DNA from: Macrostomum lignano
Lineage: Eukaryota
NCBI GenBank assembly: GCA_002269645.1
Contig: NIVC01001921.1
Location: 62,001 to 126,000, forward strand
Direction of reading: 5' to 3'
Length of the DNA: 64,000 nt
Below are positions 40,006-51,455 of the stretch, piece by piece; positions within the stretch are counted from its first letter, which is position 1; each line of letters opens with the position of its first letter. The notes under the pieces were generated by a model that worked only from the letters and a program-made list of their open reading frames with translations, did not search any database and had not been told where the DNA came from. A program made the position numbers and the translations under genes.

Positions 40006-40647
40006 CCCCTCACGCACTCGAGAGTTCGACAGTGCAGCGGTGCTCGCCCTGCAGTTCTCACCTGTCAGCAGTCAGCGGTAGAACACAGCAGCAGTTGCAC
40101 TGCTGCAGCTCTTTCTATGACGTCACGGCAGTACTTTGTTCTTGTAGCAGAAATTTTCACCGTTATAGCTATACGGCATCACTCATAAATATTGTCTGGG
40201 GGTGAGCTGGGCTGCGCCGAAGTCCTGGTGGACAATGCCCCCCCCCCCCTGCTGCGCTGATAACCCCAGCAGCTCGCCAAGCTGCTCTGGGCTGGGGGCG
40301 CCCATCAGAGCGGATTGGCCGATAAGCGCACCTCAGGCGGCTGGGCTCTCCCGCATTGGCCCGGTCAGTTCTGCAGCAAAAAGAGCTGCCCACGCTCTGA
40401 TGCCGCTGAGGGCCAAATTGATTGACCCAGAGACTGGCTGGCAACCGGCTGATGCCGCAGCGGCTTCCCCTATTCTTCAGTGTTTTATGAAATTGCCCTG
40501 AACACAATGGCGGCTAATCGCGCGTCCAGGAGAAATGCAGATTTTACAGCTTAGGCACGGGGGGACAAGAGATGCAGAGGATTCTGGGAGCCTGCAGAGG
40601 ATGAGGATTGATGAGGATGCGAGGATTCTGCTCAAAAATATTTTGAT

Positions 40648-40975
40648 CGCAGCAACTGAGGATCTGGGAGGCTGGCCCAGCAACTGAGGATCTGGGAGGC
40701 TGGCCCAGCAACTGAGGATCTGGGAGGCTGGCCCAGCAACTGAGGATCTGGGAGGCTGGCCCAGCAACTGAGGATCTGGGAGGCTGGCTTAGCAACTGAG
40801 GATCTGGGAGGCTCGCCCAGCAACTGAGGATCTGGGAGGCTGGCCCAGCAACTGGGGATCTGGGAGGCTGGCTCAGCAACTGAGGATCTGGGAGGCTGGC
40901 TCAGCAACTGAGGATCTGGGAGGCTGGCCCAGCAACTGAGGATCTGGGAGGCTGGCCCAGCAAGTGAGGATCTGC
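40648..40975. repeat. 28-bp minisatellite (gcaactgaggatctgggaggctggccca)n
   Basis: About 11-12 copies. Confidence 0.94.
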
Positions 40976-41916
40976 GATGTGGGAGTAAATCAGATGCAAA
41001 AAGTCGGAATTAACAAAGCCACTTACTGTCACACAGCATCTGATGTTTTCATTGACATTCATCTCAGCCATGCCTGAATCTCAAGATTCAAGAGGAAGGC
41101 GGAGCAGCAGGATTTAATTGAGAAGGAAAATCGGAATTGGTTTTCTGTTTTCCTATAGTTGGACTTGGCAGTAACCAGGAGATAAGTGCGCAGGAAAGAT
41201 TGAGAGAGGTAAGGAAAAGAGTTAGGGAGAAGGGCGAGAGGGTGAGGGAGAGGGTGAGAGGGTGAGGAGAGGGTGAAGAAGATGGTGAGGGAGAGGGTGA
41301 TAGGGTGAGGGAGAGGACGCAAATCAAACACATACGTACACTAGTCGTAGTAGGCAATGATTAGAAAATAACGACTGATTGATATATTTGAAGTCAGCGT
41401 GGATTTGCTGTGCGACTTGAATGGCAGATGCTTGTGGCACACAGTTGCCTTTTATTGCCTGTAGCTCTTTTTAGCACTAATAAAATCACAATGGTGTCAC
41501 CTTCTGGACTTCCAGAAGGCGCAAGCGGCTGTTTCATTCGAGGTGGCACTCGCAAGTTTGTCAAGAAAAAGTTTGAAATAGCAATATTTTGGAGAGCGGC
41601 AGTGCTTAAACTACAGTTGTGTTTTTTATACGGGTTTTGTAAAGATTTGCTATTCAAAGGTTCCAAGGTATCGCCATAGACAATTCGGTGGGAAAGTTCC
41701 GCGCTTAGTACGAAAGTACGAGATTGTACGATATTGCACCATGACTACGTGGCTCTGATATTCGATTATTGCCATAGACGATTCCATCTTGGCAAGTTCA
41801 TCCAGGTCTTGGTCAGTCAAAAGCCGTATATGTGGACACTGAGCCAGAAAAGTATCAAAATCATTTTCACCTCCAGCACTGGCAGTTCCGTGAACTGAGA
41901 ACCATCTAATTCTTCC

Positions 41917-42512
41917 TCGGGGGTGCGGGGACGGAGTCTAACAATAGACAAATTCTCATCAACCGGGGGTGCGGGAACGGAGTCTAACAATAGACAAATT
42001 CTCATCAACCGGGGGTGCGGGAACGGAGTCTAACCATAGACAAATTCTCATCAACCGGGGGTGCGGGGACGGAGTCTAACCATAGACAAATTCTCATCAA
42101 CCGGGGATGCGGGGACGGAGTCTAACCATAGACATATTCTCATCAACCGGGGGTGCGGGGACGGAGTCTAACCATAGACATATTCTCATCAACCGGGGGT
42201 GCGGGGACGGAGTCTAACCATAGACATATTCTCATCAACCGGGGTGCGGGGACGGAGTCTAACCATAGACAAATTCTCATCAACCGGGGGTGCGGGGACG
42301 GAGTCTAACCATAGACAAATTCTCATCAACCGGGGATGCGGGGACGGAGTCTAACCATAGACAAATTCTCATCAACCGGGGGTGCGGGGACGGAGTCTAA
42401 CCATAGACAAATTCTCATCAACCGGGGGTGCGGGGACGGAGTCTAACCATAGACAAATTCTCATCAACCGGGGATGCGGGGACGGAGTCTAACCATAGAC
42501 AAATTTTCATCG
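41917..42512. repeat. 46-bp minisatellite (ggggtgcggggacggagtctaaccatagacaaattctcatcaacc-like)
   Basis: About 13 copies. Confidence 0.94.
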
Positions 42513-42964
42513 ATAATAGACAAAAATCGATCTGTTTTTGCTGTTTTCGTTGCTATAAATCCTAATTTTACTATATTTTCTTTGCGTGCGTTACGAGTCG
42601 ATCGTAAATCGTAAATACGTTTCTCTGTTTATTAATAAAGTCTATGGTTAAATTTAGCGGGCAAAAATTTCCGGGCACAATGCGGTTAGAAATAGCCTTT
42701 CTCCGTCAGCTATTTTTGCGGGCAAATAAAGCCAATAGACACACTATCGGGCATGCCTAAAGGCTCGCTGAATTAAAAAGCCTACTAACAATACACTATT
42801 GGAGCAGCTGAAGTTTTACCGAAACTTTGCTGGCTTGCCGGAATTTCGATCAAGACAAGTAAACGTTTTAGTGCAGCTCGACCGAAACACACGCTTGCTT
42901 TGTTGGAATTCAGAATTGGGATATGGGAATATGGGAACTGCAGATTAGCAATATGCGACCCTTC

Positions 42965-43310
42965 ATTAAGTGACATCACTTATTAATGTATACCATACTT
43001 TGTTGAAATTTCCTAGAAGTGACGTCATTCGCGAAATCGCAGCCGCAAGCGACGCCATTGGAAATATCCTATAAATGACGTGATTTTCTATATACTCAAT
43101 GCATGTGTTATAAGTGACGACGCCATTTTAATCATTTTGCAAGTGACGTCATTTGCAACTTTCTACGAGTGACGTCATTTGCGATAACCGGAAATGACGT
43201 AATTAGTAATAGTTTACAGTTGATTACGTTTTTATTGGCACTTTCCGATACAAGTGCGTCACTGACTATATTTCACTGCCATACTCAATACAGGTTCAAA
43301 ATAAAATTTC
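42965..43310. promoter_or_regulatory. Cluster of CRE/ATF (TGACGTCA) and ETS (CGGAA) motifs, promoter-like
   Basis: Perfect TGACGTCA at 43020, 43144 and 43170; variants at 42971, 43076 and 43195; CCGGAAATGACGT at 43188; CGGAAGT at 43302. Confidence 0.4.
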
Positions 43311-45353
43311 GAGTGTCCATACGGAAGTCGCCAAACTTCGCAAGAGCTCGTTGAAAAGTGCAAAGCAGAGGGCTTTGCTTATAGTGAATTCGTTATCGCG
43401 GAGGCGAGAGCAAATCAATTCCAAAGTGTTTATCAATCAGTACAGTAGTGGTTGAGAGGGAGTTCGCCCTGCTTGACAAACAACTGCCCTGCAGTCTGCA
43501 GATGCAGCTTTTGACTATGCAATGCAGCTCAAAGCATGTTCCCTATAATTATATATATTTTTTGTGTTAGCATAACGTAAACCTAATAAGACGCATGTTT
43601 CAGGACTTTTGTAAGTGTTTAGCATTATATAGATAAATGGCGCTGGACAGCATCTGACGAGGGCTGGCCAAATTTAATTAGCATTAGTCGGAAGCATTTC
43701 AGAAGCGGTAAACCCTCCTGAGAGTTGAGATATTCCTTAGAAATTATTTCAAAGGGGTTGAACGGATATACTGTAAGTAGCGCGCCATCTCTACCATGCT
43801 CCCATGCACCTGGTGTTCAACAAGCACAAAATACGCTGTCAATACTTCTTAGAAAAAATTGTGTTCAAAGGAGCGCCCTAAGGCTTGGGTGCCAACGTAT
43901 TAAGTATGTCGCGCGCAGTACGATTCGGCATTAACGCAATTTGCTTGCCAAGGGGATCAGCTGAAGGTGAATTGAACAAGTGTTCAAGAATCCATTTGTA
44001 TAGTTTTCACTCGTCATGTACTATCGTATATGTACTTCTTTCTACCCAAGCAATAAAAAGAAAAGAAGCAAATTAAAGCAATTTAAACAGTTGGGTAGGT
44101 GACTGCATGGAGATGCGTAGATGTATTTTAATATTTATAGATCTGTAAATATTCTATCGTTATTCCTTATTTATTTCATACTAAGGGTATCGAGCAGTTC
44201 CTTTAGATTGTATCCTACCAAAGTAGGTAGACACGGGATAAGTATAAATAAATAAATTTAACACACGTTTGGATTTTTGATTATTTAGAATTCTTAGGCA
44301 GTCCAAAGCTTCAGTAGCACTAATTCAGGGACTACTCAAGGACTACTCAAGTAACATATAAATATATATAGGACGCTACACTCGAAATCTATGGTAAATG
44401 TTTTGAAGGCAACTTTTCGCCGAAAAATGCATTACAGAGATAGGGGTTTTTAATTTTTTCAGCACAAAAATTGTTTTTGCTTTTGATAAGAGGCAGATCC
44501 AGTGTTCATCTTTTGATATGTTGTGCCTTTCTTATTGCTCTATCGATATTCATAGAGCTTTCTGTTCAGAAATAGTTTTAAAGGCAGGTTTAACCGGAAA
44601 AATACACTACGGAGATGGGAAATTTCACGATTGTCAACACTAAAACAGTGATTGGGTCTCTTAACAGTGTCAGAGAAAGTTTTAATCACACTATTTTGTG
44701 CCTCAGATGCTGCTCTAACGACGCATTAATCGATTTTTCATGTTAAATTGGTCTTGTCATTATTTTAAACGTTTTTTTCAAGTGACAGACCAATTTAACG
44801 TCCAATTCTACATAAGTTGTTCTTGTGACTACTAAATAAATACTCCTTAGTAGACCCTGAGCTAATATTATGTATTTCTAACTACTTGTGCGAAGAAATA
44901 TCGATATGGTGCAAATTTGGTAATTTTGGTATGGTACAAATTGTGCCCCTACATCTAAGTCAAGACCTTACATGCCGCATTTTTCTTTTAATCATTATAA
45001 CAAAAAGGTTTAAATAGCTAGAAGTTAAAGTTTATATTTCAGGCTTGTAACAAAATTTGGGCACAGAAAGTTTACTAACATTAAGGACAAAAATGTTTTT
45101 CTTTAAGAAGCCCTCGCGCTAATGACATCATTCATTTCGTCCATTCAGACACATGGACTTTCGTTGGTATTTCCAAGCTTTCATTTTTGCAAACTTTGGC
45201 GTGCAATTCTTAAGAATATTTCTTTGGTTCGAAGCTTCGTCATGGCTGTCAAACCATTTCACTGTGGTGCTTTAAAAAGGCTTCTTAACTATCTAACAAG
45301 AGATTTGTCTACCGTTATAGCTTTTGATACTGTAAAAGCTAGTAAAAACAATT

Positions 45354-45758
45354 ATGACTATTCAAGTTCAGGATTCTGTCATGAATATTTTAAAGAGCAT
45401 GATTGAGTCTGACCAGCAATTTGTTAGCACAGAACTGCCCATGTTTACTACCGAATCCGAACCAACATCAACAACGGTACTGCCCCGATTTGGGCCTAAC
45501 GCCACGTCGACATCAGCTATCTTCTTGGTGACATCGGAATTCAACACTGCGAGCGACATCGCTTTTGCTGTTTCAGCTGCTCTAATCGTCCTGGTGATTG
45601 TAGCAGCGGTTCTAATCCTATTTTGGCGTCGCAGTACTCGACGGACGAACTCTGCTGAGAGGACAAATCGTGCTCCTTCCAATCTGATTGTCCGTCAGAA
45701 TCCCAACAGCCCAGACTGCACTGAAGCAGAGGACTGCCAGCTTGAAAGTTTTGTGTGA
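45354..45758 (+). CDS. Orphan single-pass membrane protein (S/T-rich ectodomain, TM, basic stop-transfer); single exon or terminal exon
   Basis: 134-codon ORF with an S/T/E-rich stalk, N-glycosylation sequon NAT, hydrophobic IAFAVSAALIVLVIVAAVLILFW followed by RRSTRR. It is richer in GC than its flanks. Possible acceptor ttcag|gattc near 45371; AATAAA near 46378. Confidence 0.6.
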   Translation: MTIQVQDSVMNILKSMIESDQQFVSTELPMFTTESEPTSTTVLPRFGPNATSTSAIFLVTSEFNTASDIAFAVSAALIVLVIVAAVLILFWRRSTRRTNSAERTNRAPSNLIVRQNPNSPDCTEAEDCQLESFV

Positions 45759-46824
45759 CAACTCAGCAATGATTTTGCATTTACTATTGCTGACTTAGTT
45801 TCATGTTGCCATATTCTATCTAGATAAGCTATAGGCATGGTTATTTTATATATTAGCATGTGGTACACCTATATCTTTGTTTACATTTTTATCAATTGCT
45901 TTTGTCTTCTACTCACCATTTTGATCAAAGAAATTCATTTTTATTAATCAAATACAGATTTAACTATGCACTGGGGTAGTGGATTATATAAGGCCTCTCA
46001 TATTTCAATTTCAAGGCCTTAGTTTAGGTTTCAGCAATGTCATTATATTCTATTTTTTAATCTTTGTTATTCAGACAGGTATATTATATTTTTTTATTTT
46101 CTGTATAATTTTAATTCAATTTATTTTTTTATCCAATGCTGTAGTGCAGGCGCTACATATTTGAGTTTTTTGTTTTGTGGCAATCTTTTTTAAAGTAACA
46201 TTGTTTTCCATTTTTCCTAATTTAATTAATAATTACATTATAAATTATAATTTATAGGGTTCAAAATATGTGTATGCAAATTCTATAGATGCTCTGTATG
46301 TTTTAGTTGTTATTTTATCTGCTATTTAAAGTTGATTAAACAATTAACATCTGTATTATCCTGATTATTTGCTTTTAAATAAACATGAATGTTTGATTGC
46401 TATTATTAACTATTAAGCATTGGTATTCAAGACCATGATTTTCTGATGCTGTGTTTGAAATTTTTATGCACAAATACTTAAAAGTTTTTGTTTGTTTCAT
46501 TTTATTTAAACTGACCTGACAAATCATTGTTGAATGAGTAGTTTTAAGCTGAATTTCTCAAAAACAACTTACCAGATTGCTTAAGCTTATCATTTATCAT
46601 TTATCATTTTTCTATATCTGAAAACCATAAGACTACTGTCTATTCACATACAGTAGTATAACTGTGTTCATTAAAAAAACTTTTGTTGTTTTAATCTATA
46701 CAGCGTTAGGCTATTCACGTGAAGTGTATCTTCTTTTGTCTAATACTCATGATGGCATTTAAACATCATTTATTTTCATTCTGGGTTTGTATAGGAATTT
46801 TTCTTTTTGCATGGGCAGGTACTG

Positions 46825-47546
46825 GTGTACATGGAAATCTCTCTCATTGGGCAAGCGCCGCCATGTTGTGTACATAGAATCTCTCTCATTGGACAGGCGT
46901 TGATGTACATAGAATCTCTCTCATTGGACAGGCGTTGATGTACATAGAATCTCTCTCATTGGACAGGCGTTGATGTACATAGAATCTCTCTCATTGGACA
47001 GGCGTTGATGTACATAGAATCTCTCTCATTGGACAGGCGTTGATGTACATAGAATCTCTCTCATTGGACAGGCGTTGATGTACATAGAATCTCTCTCATT
47101 GGACAGGCGTTGATGTACATAGAATCTCTCTCATTGGACAGGCGTTGATGTACATAGAATCTCTCTCATTGGACAGGCGTTGATGTACATAGAGATCTCT
47201 CATTGGACAGGCGTTGATGTACATAGAATCTCTCTCATTGGACAGGCGTTGATGTACATAGAATCTCTCTCATTGGACAGGCGTTGATGTACATAGAATC
47301 TCTCTCATTGGACAGGCGTTGATGTACATAGAATCTCTCTCATTGGACAGGCGTTGATGTACATAGAATCTCTCTCATTGGACAGGCGTTGATGTACATA
47401 GAATCTCTCTCATTGGACAGGCGTTGATGTACATAGAATCTCTCTCATTGGACAGGCGTTGATGTACATAGAATCTCTCTCATTGGACAGGCGTTGATGT
47501 ACATTGAAATCTCTCTTATTGGGGCGGGCGTTGATGTGCATAGAAA
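46825..47546. repeat. 35-bp minisatellite (gatgtacatagaatctctctcattggacaggcgtt)n, left half of the LTR-interrupted array
   Basis: About 20 copies. Confidence 0.95.
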
Positions 47547-50115
47547 TGTTGTACTCGCGGGCTGCGATCTCGTCTAGCCCGGTCGTTTTGTTTCCCCGGG
47601 GTAGCGGGTTCGGTGCGGGACTGCCCCGGGCGCGCGGTGGAGGGATGGACGGAGGACGAACGACTGGCGCTCCTCGAGGCGGATGGCCACTCCGAGGGGA
47701 AGAGGAAGAGATGCGACCCGGGGCGCACAGGCACTCCTTGGTCGCGGAAGGCTCGGGGTACTTCCGCGGTCAGCGGAGCGGATAGCCACTCAGAGCCGGC
47801 CCGGGAGTCACCGAGGTGAATGTGAAACGAGGTGAATGTGAAGGATTGGCCGGGGCGTACAGACACTCCGGGCCAATCAAGAGATACGAGGTGATGGATT
47901 AGCTGGGGCGTACAGACACTCCAAGCCAATCGAAGAGTGCAGGTGAGCAAGGGGGTGAGTAGGTGAAGCGATGAGGCGGCGAGGATGGAGGGACTTGACT
48001 TGACTTAGCTGCAGGGGGCGTCCGGCGAATGCAGCGAGGAGGCGGAGGAGACCGCCCATTCCGCTAGCCCCTGGCGACCAACGACTTCCGTTGAAGTGGT
48101 GTCGCTCAGGGGGACCCGTCGGTCTCGCCTGCAGCGCGGTCCTCCTCACCGACGGTGGGGAAGAAATCAGCTCGTCCGGTGTCCCTGAGGTACCGGGCGA
48201 GCAGCGGGATGCTCTCGGGCCTGCAAACGTCGGAGCGAACCGGGTTTGGCCCGAGGTGAGTAAGCCTGGCCCTGGTGAAAACCGGGCAGTGGCAGATAAA
48301 ATGCTCGGCGTTTTCACTGCCTGAGCGGCAGAAGGGGCACCGCTCCTCGGGTACTTGGCCCTGAAGGAAACGATGGTGAGAGAAGCAGCCATGCCCGGAG
48401 AGGGCCATGCTAACTGCTCTGAGATCTCTGCGGTTGAGCCTGAGGAGGGCTCTACGCAGGAGAGGAGAGGGGCAGGGGACGGCAGCACGGGATTGCCTGC
48501 AATTCCGGGTGTCGTGCCACCTGCGGAGATGCTCGGAGTCAGCCCAGCGCTTAACGCGGGAGTTGATCACCGAGGCGGGGATGGAGGCCCCAGCAGCGCG
48601 CCGGCGGAGCCAGCCTTGGCCAGCAGGTCAGCGCGCTCGTTGCCGAGGAGGCCGGCGTGGCCCGGGATCCATCTGAGCTCCACTTGGTTGCCTAGCGCAA
48701 GCCCGTTGAGCTGGGTGTTGCAGTCCAGGACGGACCTGGAGCTGGCGGTGCTGCGGCAGAGGGCCCGAAGGGCAGCTTGGCTGTCAGAGTGAAAAATAAA
48801 TTTCCGGCCGCTAAGCTGCCTTCGGCGCAGCTCTGCCGCGCAGGAGCTGATGGCAAGCACCTCGCTCTGAAAAACACTGGAGTTGAGCCCAGTGTGCTGG
48901 GAGTAGCTCCACACCACTTCTCCCTTAAAGAAGACGCAAGCTCCGAAGCCTGAACGACCATGCCTCATAGAGCCGTCAGTGTAACAGTGGACTTCAGAAT
49001 CGCTCCAGCTGTCACTCGCCTCGTGTCGAGGCTGAATGGTGACCTTATACCTTTGGCTCAGGAGAAGGGTGGCTGGGATCGAGTCCGTGAGGATGTTGAG
49101 CCCGCCACACTCCTCGAGAGCCTTGAGGCAGAGGTCAGAGTGCGGGATAAGCGACCGCTTCTTAAAGGCCCGCACTTTCTTGAAGGCCACCCCAGCATCC
49201 AGAAGACGCCGGGTGCTCTTCGCCGCCTCTCCTTTGATATAAATATCCAAAGGAGGGGCACAGAGGAAGGCATTCATGCCTTCAAAAGGAGTAGAGGGTG
49301 GAGCTCCCATAGTCATGCGGCAGGCTCTGCCCTGGATTTTGTAGAGAGCGTCGAGGTTGCTCTTGACGCTCAGGCCGCTAGCCCACACGAGGCTGGCGTA
49401 ACTGATCGAGGGGCGGATGATGGCAGTGTAAATCCACCACAGCTTCCTGGGGGTGAGCCCCCAGGTGGTGCCCATGGCGCGCCTGATCTGAGCCAGGCGC
49501 GGAGGAGGATGGAGGGAAGACACGTGCGGAGAGCCCCAAAAACGCGAACGCAACCCGAATAAACGTAATTTAAGCTCACCGGGCGGGGTCAAACCGACTC
49601 ATGCAACGCAGTTTATTTGGCCGTAGTAACTGTTCTGGCAGCTCGGAGACGGCGGGTGGCACGGATTAGCTTGCTACGAAGTGTTCCGATAGTTTACTGG
49701 GCTCGTGCCGTTTTGTACTTTTATCATAGTTTTCTTACTCAGTTGCTGGTGTAGCTCTAACCGCAAAAACCAAGCCGCGTGCCACCGGCCGGCTCCAAGC
49801 CAGCTAATAGATAGTATGCCAAAAAATGGGGGAGTGGGCCAAACCGGCCTGAGCGCAAATACTCACACAACAGAACCCCGCGAGCACCCCACCCTAGCCC
49901 AGCCAATCAAAACATGCGCTGGGTAAGGCTTTACGAACGGGGGGGTAGAAAAGCGAGGGTCTGCCGGCCCAGCCAGCCAATCAGAGCACACGCCGGCTGC
50001 CTAAAACCAAAGCCGGCTGAACCAACTCAAACCAGCTAGGCCGGCAGACCGGGCGGTTTGCATGCACAAAAAAAACCATGTTGATGAGAAGGTCATTGTG
50101 GCGCAGGCCACAACA
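47547..50115. mobile_element. Solo-LTR-like element (about 1045 bp after removing the nested LINE) inserted in a minisatellite
   Basis: Termini TGTTGT...ACAACA. 4-bp TSD GAAA (47543-47546 and 50116-50119) restores the empty repeat unit cata-GAAA-tctctc. Contains CCAAT boxes and AATAAA near 49556. No internal gag/pol seen. Confidence 0.75.
47994..49504 (-). mobile_element. 5'-truncated non-LTR retrotransposon (LINE; RT C-terminus + RNase H + CCHC), LOA/I/R1-group-like, frameshifted
   Basis: 13-bp TSD GAGGATGGAGGGA at 47981-47993 and 49505-49517; 3' tail (TCAAG)n. ORF2 remnant RRAMGTTWGL..WIYTAIIRPSISYASLVW, RNase H YTDGS/SVFQSEVLAI/SDSQAAL/WIPGHAG..GNERADLLAK, and CPFC..ENAEHFICHC. Frame break near 48570-48580. 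Confidence 0.93.
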
Positions 50116-50470
50116 GAAATCTCTCTCTTAGGACAGGCGTTGATGTACATTGAAATCTCTTATTGGGGCAGGCATTTATGTACATAGAAATCTCTCTCTT
50201 AGGGCAGGCGTTGATGTACATTGAAATCTCTTTCTTAGGGCAGGCGTTGATGTACATTGAAATCTCTCTCTTAGGGCAGGCGTTGATGTACATTGAAATC
50301 TCTCTCTTAGGGCAGGCGTTGATGTACATAGAAATCTCTCTCTTAGGACAGGCGTTGTGTACATACAAATCACTCTCATTGGACAGGCGTTGATGTACAT
50401 TGAAATCTCTCTCTTAGGGCAGGCGTTGATGTACATTGAAATCTCTCTCTTAGGGCAGGCGTTGTGTACA
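50116..50470. repeat. 36-bp minisatellite (gatgtacattgaaatctctctcttagggcaggcgtt)n, right half of the LTR-interrupted array
   Basis: About 10 copies. Confidence 0.93.
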
Positions 50471-50819
50471 TGTACTTCAGCATATCTCTTTGTCGTATTG
50501 TGTGACTTCTTAAGTGTGCACAGTATAATAAATTGTTCTTATTGACTTGACTGTCAATTTCTTCATTTGAGCAGTGTGAGCCGTCCTCTTGCACCTGAGT
50601 GGCATTCAGAATAAAAAAGAATCTCGCTGTGCTGCATCTGCAGGCGCCCTTCTGAGTTATTTATATAATAGATTATTCTCATTCATACAGATTCCCCTCT
50701 CTAGATCCCTAAGGATGTCATTCCGTTTGCATTAGCTGCTGGTGTCAGGGACACAAGTTACTTTTGTGAGGCTCGTAAATGGATCGACGATTTGAATCGA
50801 CGATAGCCTCCAGCCTAGT

Positions 50820-51102
50820 GAAGGGGATGAAAGGACAATAAAGGGGATGGGAGGATAATGAAGCGGATGGGAGGACAATGAAGGGGATGGGAGGACAATG
50901 AAGGGGATGGGAGGATAATGAAGCGGATGGGAGGACAATAAAGGGGATGGGAGGATAATGAAGGGGATGGGAGGACAATGAAGGGGATGGGAGGACAATG
51001 AAGGGGATGGGAGGACAATGAAGGGGATGGGAGGACAATGAAGCGGATGGGAGGACAATGAAGAGGATGGGAGGACAATGAAGAGGATGGGAGGACAATG
51101 AA
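50820..51102. repeat. 20-bp minisatellite (aaggggatgggaggacaatg)n
   Basis: About 14 copies. Confidence 0.94.
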
Positions 51103-51455
51103 GATTCTCAGAAAAAGGAAACGTTTGAGAAGATAATGAACGAAATACGAGGTCAAACTACGGGGCTGGGGGGTCAGAGTCGGGTTGTATGGAATGTATG
51201 GAAACACGTGAAATGAGCACTTTCTGGTGAGTGAGGGAGAGGCGAGATAAAAAAACTGAAAATCAGGAATCTAACATAAAAATGAAATTGAATTGCTCAT
51301 ACTAATTGAAGCGGAGAGGGCAGAGGCCGTAAAGTGACGGAGATACAGACAGGTAATTGGAGTGAAGAAGGCGGCCCAGCTGCTCTGTGATTGGCGGAGC
51401 ACCTGAGCAATTGCTGAGTAGCTCTCTGAGCAGTCAGTTTAATTACTTAAGCTGC

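Noticed and set aside
41674-42647. MITE bounded by CCATAGAC...GTCTATGG
   Set aside because: Only an 8-bp inverted match, no TSD, and the word also occurs in the internal array and elsewhere (15403, 33255).
43885-44076. Trypsin-like AICLP motif in a small ORF
   Set aside because: No other protease motifs nearby; flanking candidate exons contain stops in all frames.
49518-50115. 5'UTR or HDV-like ribozyme of the LINE
   Set aside because: The 13-bp TSD shows this segment belongs to the host LTR-like element, and I could not fold a convincing HDV or hammerhead core by eye.
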